In this document: piece by piece, positions 7,173 to 15,306 of the stretch
Position numbering within the stretch: the stretch's first letter is position 1
Layout: each line of letters begins with the position of its first letter
Source of the DNA: Acidobacteriaceae bacterium
GTDB lineage: Bacteria > Acidobacteriota > Terriglobia > Terriglobales > Acidobacteriaceae
Direction of reading: 5' to 3'
DNA length: 34,508 nucleotides
NCBI GenBank assembly: GCA_036511765.1
Contig: DATCBR010000042.1
Location: 1 to 34,508 of the forward strand
Notes under the pieces: model-generated
What the model saw: the letters and a program-made list of their open reading frames with translations, nothing else
Databases searched by the model: none
What the model was told of the DNA's origin: nothing
Program-made: the position numbers and the translations under genes

Positions 7173-9581
7173 ATGGCCGCAAGCGAAAGCCGAAAAAGGA
7201 TTGTCACCATTGCGGTGCTGGGCTCCGTCCTGTTTCTCCTGCTCATCACCTTCATCTACCTCAACGCCTTCAATCCCAAGTCGATCAAGGCGCCCACCAC
7301 GGGCGAGAGCATCATCTTTGGCGGACTCTCCATCGTCGCCTTCCTGCTCTTTGTGGCGGTGCTGGTCCTGCTGGTACGCAATGTCCTTAAGCTCTACGCC
7401 GACCAGCGCTCCAGCGCGATGGGCACACGGCTTCGCACCCGAATGCTGTGGGGCGCGGTCCTCGTCTCCGTGGTGCCGCTGGTCTTTATGTTTCTCTTCA
7501 GCTATGGCCTGATGAACCGCGCCGTGGACCGCTGGTTCTCGCAGAACCCCAACGAGATGCGCGATGATGCCAGCAAGCTGGCGCTGGAGTTGTCGCAGTA
7601 CACCTCCTCCAACGCGCGCGCCGAGGCGGAGTCGATCGCCGCCTCGCTGCCCGACCTCGCAGTTGGCGGCAAGTCGGGCCTGCATGGGCACGCCGCAACC
7701 TCAGCGGAGCAGATAGGCGCCGTACTGGCGCAGCATGAGATCACCCTGCAGAACGGCTTTGCCATCGTCTACACCGAAGGCCACTCAGTCGCCGCCGTCC
7801 ACATGCCCCGCGGCAATGGCGCGCCCGCGCAGGTAAAGCCCTGGTTGCCGCAGTCCTCGAATGACGAAGAGGGCGAAGCGTTGCCCGTCCGACCCGCGAC
7901 GGAGGCGCACCACACCACCGGCGACGCCGGCGCGACGATCCTGGCCGCGGCCCAGCGCACGGACCTGCCCATCTTCTCCTGGGGCGATACCGACTACGCT
8001 CTCGGCATCGCCGCCCGGAAGCAGGGTGGGACCGTCGTGGTGGGCCTGCCCATGCCGTATGGCATGGCTGCGTCTGTTGCGCGCTTCCAAAACGCGGTGG
8101 ATGGATACTGGGACGCCTATCGCCAGCGACGCCAGGTGCGCAACCTTTATCTCTCGCTGCTGCTGATGATGACCAGCCTGGCGCTGTTTGCCTGCTGCTG
8201 GCTCGCTCTGCATCTGGCAAAGCAGGTCACCCGGCCAGTCGAAGCTCTGGCGGACGCCATGGAGGCGATCGCCGAAGGCAACTACTCCCACCGCGTAGCG
8301 GAGAGCGCTACGGAAGAGCTGGGCGAGCTGGTGCGCAGCTTCAACACCATGGCCGCGGACCTGGAAGGCAGCCGCATGGCGGCGGAGACTTCCACCGCGC
8401 AACTCTCCACCGCCAACGCCACGCTGGAGGCCCGGCGGCGCGAGCTGGAGACCATGCTCGAGACCATCCCCAACGGCGTGGCCACACTGGATGCGAAGCG
8501 CTGTATCGTTCTGGCGAACCGCGCGCTTACCGAGATGCTCGATCCCGGAGGCCAGACAAAGTTCGCCGGCGCGTCGATTGAAGACATCTTCCCGGCCGAA
8601 GCCGTCGTCGCAAAAGACCAGCTCGATCATCTGCTCCGCCGCAGCCACCGCATGGGCTCCGCCTCAGGCGAGATGGAGCTGAAGGTCGTACGGAACGGCA
8701 GCGCCGGAACCACGATGTACGTGCTTGCCACCGCTGCCTTGCTGGAGACCGAACGCACGCACCACGGCTATGTGCTGGTCCTGGAAAATGCGACGGAGCT
8801 GCTGCGCGCGCAGAAGCAGTCTGCGTGGAAGGAGGTCGCGCGCCGCGTGGCGCACGAGATCAAGAACCCGCTCACGCCCATCGCACTCTCCGCCGAACAG
8901 ATCCATCGCCACATCGGCCGCGTCGGGACCGCGCTGGAGTCCGCGCAACTGGAATCGCCTTCGGTGGCCGTCATCCGTAGATCGAGCGAGGTCATTACTG
9001 CATCCGTCGAGACGATGCGCGCGCTGGTCGACCAGTTCTCTGCGCTCGCCGAGTTCCCCACCGCGCAGCCTCGTCCCGCCGACCTGAACACCATCGTCGA
9101 AAACTCGCTGGCGATCTTTGCGGGGCGCCTGCAGACCATCCGCCTGGTCCGCGACCTCGCGCCGGGCCTGCCGCTGGTTCTCGCCGACCCGGAGGCGCTG
9201 AAGCGCGCGCTCGGCAACCTGATCGACAACGCGGCCGAGGCCATGCAGCACTCCTTGCTGCGCGAGCTGCGCATCTCCACCGCGCTGCTGCCGAGCGGCA
9301 TGGTCGAGCTGACGGTGGCGGACACCGGCCCGGGCCTGACGGACGAGATGCGGGAGCGGCTCTTCCTGCCCTACTTCTCCACCAAGCAGCGCGGCACAGG
9401 CCTTGGCCTCGCCATCGCCGCCAAGATCGTGCAGGAGCACCAGGGCACGATCCGCGCGGAGAAGAATTCGCCTGCCGGAGCGCGTTTCATCGTCGAGCTG
9501 CGCGCGGCCTCAGGCGCGGATGGAGATACGGCTGACTTTGAGGGCGATACGGACGTACCCAGGGAGAGGGTGCGCGCATGA
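7173..9581 (+). CDS. ntrY: NtrY-like sensor histidine kinase (multi-TM, HAMP, PAS, HisKA, HATPase)
   Basis: AWKEVARRVAHEIKNPLTPI H-box, NLIDNA, DTGPG, FLPYFSTK, GTGLGL. TATAAT at 7140-7145 and a GGAGG RBS upstream. Confidence 0.85.
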   Translation: MAASESRKRIVTIAVLGSVLFLLLITFIYLNAFNPKSIKAPTTGESIIFGGLSIVAFLLFVAVLVLLVRNVLKLYADQRSSAMGTRLRTRMLWGAVLVSVVPLVFMFLFSYGLMNRAVDRWFSQNPNEMRDDASKLALELSQYTSSNARAEAESIAASLPDLAVGGKSGLHGHAATSAEQIGAVLAQHEITLQNGFAIVYTEGHSVAAVHMPRGNGAPAQVKPWLPQSSNDEEGEALPVRPATEAHHTTGDAGATILAAAQRTDLPIFSWGDTDYALGIAARKQGGTVVVGLPMPYGMAASVARFQNAVDGYWDAYRQRRQVRNLYLSLLLMMTSLALFACCWLALHLAKQVTRPVEALADAMEAIAEGNYSHRVAESATEELGELVRSFNTMAADLEGSRMAAETSTAQLSTANATLEARRRELETMLETIPNGVATLDAKRCIVLANRALTEMLDPGGQTKFAGASIEDIFPAEAVVAKDQLDHLLRRSHRMGSASGEMELKVVRNGSAGTTMYVLATAALLETERTHHGYVLVLENATELLRAQKQSAWKEVARRVAHEIKNPLTPIALSAEQIHRHIGRVGTALESAQLESPSVAVIRRSSEVITASVETMRALVDQFSALAEFPTAQPRPADLNTIVENSLAIFAGRLQTIRLVRDLAPGLPLVLADPEALKRALGNLIDNAAEAMQHSLLRELRISTALLPSGMVELTVADTGPGLTDEMRERLFLPYFSTKQRGTGLGLAIAAKIVQEHQGTIRAEKNSPAGARFIVELRAASGADGDTADFEGDTDVPRERVRA

Positions 9582-10948
9582 ACCACGTCCTCATCGTCGA
9601 CGACGAAGCCGAGATCCGCGATTCGCTGCAAAGCATCCTGAAGGAAGAGGGGTATCAGGTCGCCACCGCCGGTACCGCCGCCGAGGCGCTTACGCTGCTC
9701 TCCGACGCCGGCTTCGATGCGGTGCTGCTGGACATCTGGCTGCCGGACCGCGACGGGCTGGACACGCTGGCCGACATTCGCCGGCTGGATCCGGAGCGCC
9801 TGCCGGAGGTCATCATCGTCAGCGGACACGGAACCATCGACGCGGCAGTGCGCGCCACCAAGCTGGGAGCTTACGACTTTCTGGAAAAGCCGCTCTCGCT
9901 CGAGCGCACGCTGCTGGTCCTTCGCAATGCAATCGAGGCGCGGCGGCTGCGTGAGGACAATCGCGAGTTCTCCCGCCAGTTGAGCCGCAACGCCGGTGTG
10001 ACGGGCGAGAGCGTCGCCATCAAGGCGCTGCGCCAGCAGATCAAACTGATGGCGCCGACCAACGGCCGCGTTCTCATCTATGGCGAATCCGGCACCGGAA
10101 AAGAGCTGATCGGCCGCTCCATGCACGCGGAGAGCCTGCGCCGTGACCGCGTCTTCGTCGAGCTGAACTGCGCCGCCATCCCTGAGGACCACATTGAGAC
10201 TGAACTCTTCGGCTACCGGCGCGGCGCGATGGCTGCCGGCGGCGCGGCCGCTCCGGCTGAAAAGCGAGGCACCTTCGAGCGCGCTGACGGCGGCACCCTC
10301 TTCCTCGACGAGGTGGGTGACATGAGCCTCAAGACGCAGGCCCGCGTGCTGCGCGCGCTGGATGAGCAGCGCTTCCTGCCGGTCGGGGCCACGCAGCCGC
10401 TTCACGTCAATGTGCGCGTGATCGCCGCCACCAACAAGGACCTGGAGGAGGAGATCGCGCGCGGCAACTTTCGCGAAGACCTCTTCTACCGGCTCAACGT
10501 GATCCCATTCTTCGTGCCGCCGCTGCGTGACCGCAAGGAGGACATCCCGCTGCTGGTGAAAGAGTTTCTGCATGAGTTCGGGCAGCAGTACGGGCGGCCT
10601 CATGTGGAGATGCATGCGGACGCACTCGACTCGCTGCGCCAGTACAACTGGCCCGGCAACGTTCGCGAGTTGCGCAATCTGGTCGAGCGCGTGCTCATCC
10701 TCAATCCCAAGACGCCGCGCATCGACCGCCGGCATCTGCCGATGCTCGTGCAGCGCGATGGCTCCCGCGTGGGCCGCGAGGAGTTCTCGACCCTTACCGA
10801 GGCCCGCGACGCCTACGAGCGCGACTATATCCTGAAGAAGATTGACGAGTGCGGCGGCAACGTCAGTCGCGCCGCCGAATCCCTGGGCCTGGAGCGCTCC
10901 CACCTCTATCGCAAGATGAAGACGCTCGGCATCAGCGCGAAGGAATAG
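9578..10948 (+). CDS. ntrX: NtrX-like response regulator (REC, AAA+, Fis HTH)
   Basis: VLIVDDE, LLDIWLP, GESGTGKE, TLFLDEVGDM, WPGNVREL and a C-terminal HTH. Overlaps the kinase stop (ATGA). Confidence 0.85.
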   Translation: MNHVLIVDDEAEIRDSLQSILKEEGYQVATAGTAAEALTLLSDAGFDAVLLDIWLPDRDGLDTLADIRRLDPERLPEVIIVSGHGTIDAAVRATKLGAYDFLEKPLSLERTLLVLRNAIEARRLREDNREFSRQLSRNAGVTGESVAIKALRQQIKLMAPTNGRVLIYGESGTGKELIGRSMHAESLRRDRVFVELNCAAIPEDHIETELFGYRRGAMAAGGAAAPAEKRGTFERADGGTLFLDEVGDMSLKTQARVLRALDEQRFLPVGATQPLHVNVRVIAATNKDLEEEIARGNFREDLFYRLNVIPFFVPPLRDRKEDIPLLVKEFLHEFGQQYGRPHVEMHADALDSLRQYNWPGNVRELRNLVERVLILNPKTPRIDRRHLPMLVQRDGSRVGREEFSTLTEARDAYERDYILKKIDECGGNVSRAAESLGLERSHLYRKMKTLGISAKE

Positions 10949-11134
10949 CTCGCGCAGCCAGGGAAGCAGGGGTCCTCCGCTGATCCCTGCCGTCCGTATG
11001 CCTATTGATTTCAATGGCCTGCACGGGCAAACGAGACTGCGATTTCCTGCATCTCACTAAGAGCGTTGCTGGGGCGCGCGTGACACTCTCTCAACCCGCC
11101 CCTTCTATCCACGTCGAGTGATAAGGAGATCCAT

Positions 11135-11383
11135 TTGTTCCCCTCTTCCCTGCTGTGCCCGCGTTGCCAGTGCGGCGCCTGCTACCCTCTGCATCGCAAG
11201 GGTGTGGACTGGGCCCTTTCGCTACTGGGCTTTCGTCCCGCGCGCTGCCTCACGTGCATGCGCAAGTTCTATACCCGTTACTCACTGGAACGGACGGAGG
11301 CGCAGCGCCAATCCGGGGACGGTTCCGCAGTCGTTTCCGTCTCTCCTGAAACAACATCGCCAGACCGTCGGCGCGCTGCGTAG
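11135..11383 (+). CDS. Small putative zinc-ribbon protein
   Basis: AAGGAG RBS before TTG. CPRC...RPARCLTC(M)RKF Cys pairs. Confidence 0.55.
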   Translation: MFPSSLLCPRCQCGACYPLHRKGVDWALSLLGFRPARCLTCMRKFYTRYSLERTEAQRQSGDGSAVVSVSPETTSPDRRRAA

Positions 11384-11683
11384 CATCTGCTGCTCACCAG
11401 GACCCGCGGTCCACATTCTCTCCATCCAACGCTGCCGGGATTTTTCTTCCACTCCGTTTTGGCACTGCGTTGCTCCGCACGCAACGTGCCTTGCGCTCGA
11501 ACTTTTCAAAATGCATCGTGACCCTCTGCACCTTTTGTGGGAGACCGCGAGACGCGTCGATGGGCCATGCAAAACATTTGCGGACGCCCAAACGCGCTTG
11601 GCACGCAGCCTTCTCGTTGCTCTGGAGCTGCGGCGCGGGTATCTGTTGTTGCAAAAAAAATGCGCTGAACGCGACGATTTTTC

Positions 11684-11712
11684 TTGACACTGAATTTTCG
11701 GAAAACTATACC
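11684..11712 (+). promoter_or_regulatory. Sigma70-type promoter of the Lys-rich peptide gene
   Basis: TTGACA (11684-11689), 17 bp, TATACC (11707-11712), with A/T tracts upstream. Confidence 0.6.
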
Positions 11713-11774
11713 TTCGTTAGCTGCAACTTTAGGGTTCGCAGCATCGATGTTCAATCGATAGGGAGAATAGACAA

Positions 11775-11834
11775 ATGGCAACCAAGAAAGCAGCCAAGAA
11801 GGCCGCGAAGAAGACCGCAAAGAAGAAGAAGTAA
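11775..11834 (+). CDS. 19-aa Lys/Ala-rich peptide MATKKAAKKAAKKTAKKKK
   Basis: GGGAGA RBS (11761-11766), ATG 11775, TAA 11832-11834. Flanked by its own promoter and a terminator hairpin. Too short for the supplied ORF track. Confidence 0.7.
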   Translation: MATKKAAKKAAKKTAKKKK

Positions 11835-11850
11835 ATCCAACCAAGGCAAA

Positions 11851-11887
11851 GCAGAACGGGGGACGCGACAAGCGTCCCCCGTTCTGC
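11851..11887. terminator. 16-bp perfect hairpin between convergent genes (probable terminator)
   Basis: GCAGAACGGGGGACGC-GACAA-GCGTCCCCCGTTCTGC. The U-tail is weak on + and reads TTTG on -. Confidence 0.65.
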
Positions 11888-11961
11888 GTCTGCTGCCAGC
11901 ATTTAGAATCCCGCTCCGAAGGTCAGCGTGAATCGCCGCTGCCGGCGCTGGTTTTATCGCA

Positions 11962-12804
11962 TTACTGCGCCGCGGAGCCACCGGCGGTCTTCGGCGTGGA
12001 AAGATAGCCCGACACCTTGTTCTTCTCGATGCTGTTCACCACAATCTCGAACAGCGCGGGGTCCTTGCCGCTATAGAACTGCACCGGCTCATCCAGGTTC
12101 TTGTCCTTCTTCTCGATGTTCCGGTCGTCCGCGCTCACGTTCAGCGTGTACCTGGAATGCTTCTCATCCACCTTCTTCAGTTGCAGTTTCACCGTTGAGA
12201 GCAGCGTTGGCTGAGCGCCCTTCTGCAAGCTGAACTCGTAATAGTTGCGGTCCCCTTTGTGCTTCAGCTGCTCCAGCTCCCCGTGGTTGGTCGCGATCAG
12301 CCCGCTCATCACACCCGCATCGCCCATCACGCGCTGCAACTGGCTCTTCGTGCTTTCAAGGTCGCTCTTGGTGGTGGCCACATCGGTCTTCACGCCGCCC
12401 ACGTCTGTCTTCACTGTGGAAAGGTCGGTTGAAACTGTGCCTACCTGCTTTGCCGTGTCCTGTTGCTGCGCAGCCAGTCTCGCAGTCTCAGCGTTTTCCT
12501 CCCGCTGCGCCGCCATAATCGACTGGGCGCGCGCATCGATCTGCTTCTGCGTTGCGCCTACGTTCTGGCTCAGAGTCTCGGTCGTGGCTGCCATCCGGGC
12601 ATTGGTCGCCTCCAGTTGATCGCTCAGGTCGGAGGCCTTCTTATCCGCAGCCGCCAGCTTCTGTTCGTCGGCAGACAGATGGTTCTGCAGGCCATAGCAC
12701 CACACCAGCGCGCCAATCCCCAACACCACAGCAACTACAACCGCGCCAATAAATGCTCCCGATGCGGAACGTTCGGCCACTACCACCGGTTCGGTTTCGC
12801 TCAT
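11962..12804 (-). CDS. Single-pass membrane protein with long coiled coil (hypothetical)
   Basis: N-terminal TM, heptad repeats VKTDVGG-VKTDVAT-TKSDLES, and a beta-rich C-terminal domain. Confidence 0.85.
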   Translation of the reverse strand: MSETEPVVVAERSASGAFIGAVVVAVVLGIGALVWCYGLQNHLSADEQKLAAADKKASDLSDQLEATNARMAATTETLSQNVGATQKQIDARAQSIMAAQREENAETARLAAQQQDTAKQVGTVSTDLSTVKTDVGGVKTDVATTKSDLESTKSQLQRVMGDAGVMSGLIATNHGELEQLKHKGDRNYYEFSLQKGAQPTLLSTVKLQLKKVDEKHSRYTLNVSADDRNIEKKDKNLDEPVQFYSGKDPALFEIVVNSIEKNKVSGYLSTPKTAGGSAAQ

Positions 12805-13087
12805 CTCGTACCTCTTTCTCCGCGACGCAATCCCTTCTGCGCACGCGCTTGCGCGCCTCAGGCTCTCCCAATATGTGGCGCAATTTCTAATGACGACTAT
12901 AGCTCAGGATTCGGCCGGCCTGTCGCTATCTTCGCCGCGATCTGAGAGCCACGACGGCCCTTCCATGCCGCTGCCCGGGGGCCGGTGTTCCCGTCCGAAC
13001 ATCGCCGCCCGCGCCGTGACAAGGCTTTCTCCACTGCGCTATAACCGATATAGTCACGAATCTACGCGAAAGATAAGGGTTTTCTTC

Positions 13088-14227
13088 ATGTCTACAGCCG
13101 CAGCACAGCCAGGCAGGGGTTTGGAAGGCGTCGTCGCAACAAAGTCGTCGATCTGCTGGATCGACGGGGACGCCGGCGTGCTCTCCTATCGCGGCATCGA
13201 CATCCACGAGCTTGCCACCCGCTCCAACTTCGAGGAGACCACCTATCTCCTCTGGTTCGGCAAGCTGCCCACAGCCGCCGAGCTGGCCGGCTTCTCCGCA
13301 AACCTTGCCGCCGCCCGCGCGCTCGACCCCAAAATTATCGACCTGTTGCGGAGCGTCCCTTCGAGCGCCACGCCCATGGAGGTCCTGCGTACCGCCGTCA
13401 GCCTTCTCTCTATGTATGACGCCGACGAGAAGGACTGCTCGCACGAAGCCAACGTCCGCAAGGCCTACCGGCTGACCGCGCAGATCGCCATGATCGTCGC
13501 CGTCTACGACCGCATCCGCAAGGGCAAGCCGGTCATTGAGGCGGACAAGTCGCTCTCTCACGCCGCCAACTTCCTCTGGATGCTCAATGGCGAGAAGCCC
13601 TCGGAGACGGCGACGAAGGCTCTCGACATCGCCCTCATCCTGCATGCCGACCACGAACTGAACGCCAGCACCTTCGCCGCGAGAGTCATCGCGGCGACGC
13701 TGTCTGACATGCACTCGGCCATCACCGGGGCCATCGGCGCGCTCAAAGGCCCGCTGCACGGCGGGGCCAACGAGGCGACCATGAAGCTGCTCTACGCCAT
13801 CGAGGCCTCAGGCCAGGACCCGGTCGAATACGTCAAGCAGATGTTCGCCGAGAAGAAGAAGATCTCCGGCTTCGGCCACCGCGTCTACCACACCGAGGAC
13901 CCCCGGGCCACGCACCTGCGCCGCATGTCCGAAGACCTCGGCAAATCCTCCGGAAGCACCAAATGGTTCGACATGTCGCGCAAGATCGAGCTGTATGTGA
14001 AGGAAGAGAAGAAGCTCAACGCCAACGTCGACTTCTACTCCGCCTCTACTTACACCACGCTCGGCATCGACATCGACCTCTTCACGCCGATCTTCGCCGT
14101 CAGCCGCATCGCCGGCTGGGCCGCGCATGTGATCGAGCAGCATGACGACAACCGCCTCATCCGCCCGCGCGCGGACTACGTCGGACCGGCCTACCCCGCG
14201 CCCTACACGCCCATCGCCGAGCGCTAG
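13088..14227 (+). CDS. gltA: Citrate synthase (short ~380-aa citrate/2-methylcitrate synthase type)
   Basis: GLEGVVA, YRGIDI, ADHELNAST, GPLHGGANE, GFGHRVY, NVDFY and RLIRPR. Start set at ATG 13088. Confidence 0.92.
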   Translation: MSTAAAQPGRGLEGVVATKSSICWIDGDAGVLSYRGIDIHELATRSNFEETTYLLWFGKLPTAAELAGFSANLAAARALDPKIIDLLRSVPSSATPMEVLRTAVSLLSMYDADEKDCSHEANVRKAYRLTAQIAMIVAVYDRIRKGKPVIEADKSLSHAANFLWMLNGEKPSETATKALDIALILHADHELNASTFAARVIAATLSDMHSAITGAIGALKGPLHGGANEATMKLLYAIEASGQDPVEYVKQMFAEKKKISGFGHRVYHTEDPRATHLRRMSEDLGKSSGSTKWFDMSRKIELYVKEEKKLNANVDFYSASTYTTLGIDIDLFTPIFAVSRIAGWAAHVIEQHDDNRLIRPRADYVGPAYPAPYTPIAER

Positions 14228-14340
14228 CCGCAACAAATCGACCGCTTCTGCACCGATTGAGGACACGGACTGGATCGCGCTTAAAGTTGCTGCTCCGGAC
14301 CAAACGTTCTCTGTTAGCCTTGTGCTACTCGCATACAGGG

Positions 14341-15306
14341 GTGCTTTTTTTGCTGAAACTCCGGGCCAGACGCGGTCTGCTGTCTTGCGCATCTGTAGTG
14401 ATCTGCATGGTATTTGCCGCCGGGGCGCTACATGCCCAGACGCCGAGCGGGGCCAACGCGGAACTGGAAGAGTTGGCCGCAATCCGCTCCGCCGCAAACG
14501 CGATCTCCAATAAGGACGTCGGGCGGTTTCCCTTCCTCCGTGCCTTCAGTACCTCCCTCACCACCATGTCGCAACACAACTCCTCCAGCGGCTGGAGTTC
14601 GATCTTTTATCCCGGCCTGGCGTGGCGCCCCAATCAGCATGTCAGTGTCGATGTCGCTGTTCCCGCGTATGTCTATCTGGAGATGGATGACAATGTTGGC
14701 ACAGCAGCCAAGCCCGTCTATGCCTACCGCCCGCAAAGACGCGCCGCCTGGGGCGACACTGTCATCAACATGGAAGGCGATCTGCCGCTCAAGAGCTTCA
14801 GCTATAGCGGCATATTCTCGCTTGGCCTGCCATCCGGGAATATCAGCTACGGCATTAGCGCCGGGCAGGTGACCTACAGCTTCAATAACTGGCTGGAGAA
14901 GAGCGCCGGCCGCTTTACGCCGAGCGTCTCGCTTGGGTATGGCGACACCAGCAGCCTCATCAACCAGGGCGTCCTGCGCAACTACATCGCCGTCGGTCCC
15001 ATGGCCCACTTCCAGGCCGGGACAGGTGTGGCCCTCACGCGACGCATCAGCTTCAGCGCTGCCGCCTATGAGGAACTGCCGCTGGCGACAGACCTCATCT
15101 TCTCCACCACAACCAAGGGCAAGAAGAAGATCGTCACCACGACCAACGAAGACCCGGGCGAAGACAATGGGTTTCTCACCTCGCTCACCGTGCCGCTCTC
15201 TCCACACCTTATGTTGACGGGCTTTTACAACCGCAGCTTGCGTGACCACACTGACATCGCAGGCTTCTCCTTCACCCTGGTTGCCCGCCCGTCGCGCTCA
15301 GAATAG
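14341..15306 (+). CDS. Hypothetical exported protein, possibly outer-membrane beta-barrel-like
   Basis: Long ORF with signal-like segment (VVICMVFAAGALHAQ) and alternating beta-strand patterns. Start uncertain (14257-14408). Confidence 0.65.
   Translation: MLFLLKLRARRGLLSCASVVICMVFAAGALHAQTPSGANAELEELAAIRSAANAISNKDVGRFPFLRAFSTSLTTMSQHNSSSGWSSIFYPGLAWRPNQHVSVDVAVPAYVYLEMDDNVGTAAKPVYAYRPQRRAAWGDTVINMEGDLPLKSFSYSGIFSLGLPSGNISYGISAGQVTYSFNNWLEKSAGRFTPSVSLGYGDTSSLINQGVLRNYIAVGPMAHFQAGTGVALTRRISFSAAAYEELPLATDLIFSTTTKGKKKIVTTTNEDPGEDNGFLTSLTVPLSPHLMLTGFYNRSLRDHTDIAGFSFTLVARPSRSE

Noticed and set aside
11460-11613. Sigma54 (-24/-12) promoters at TGGCAC 11460 and 11599
   Set aside because: The first has 9 instead of 10 nt between GG and GC, and the second lacks the -12 GC.
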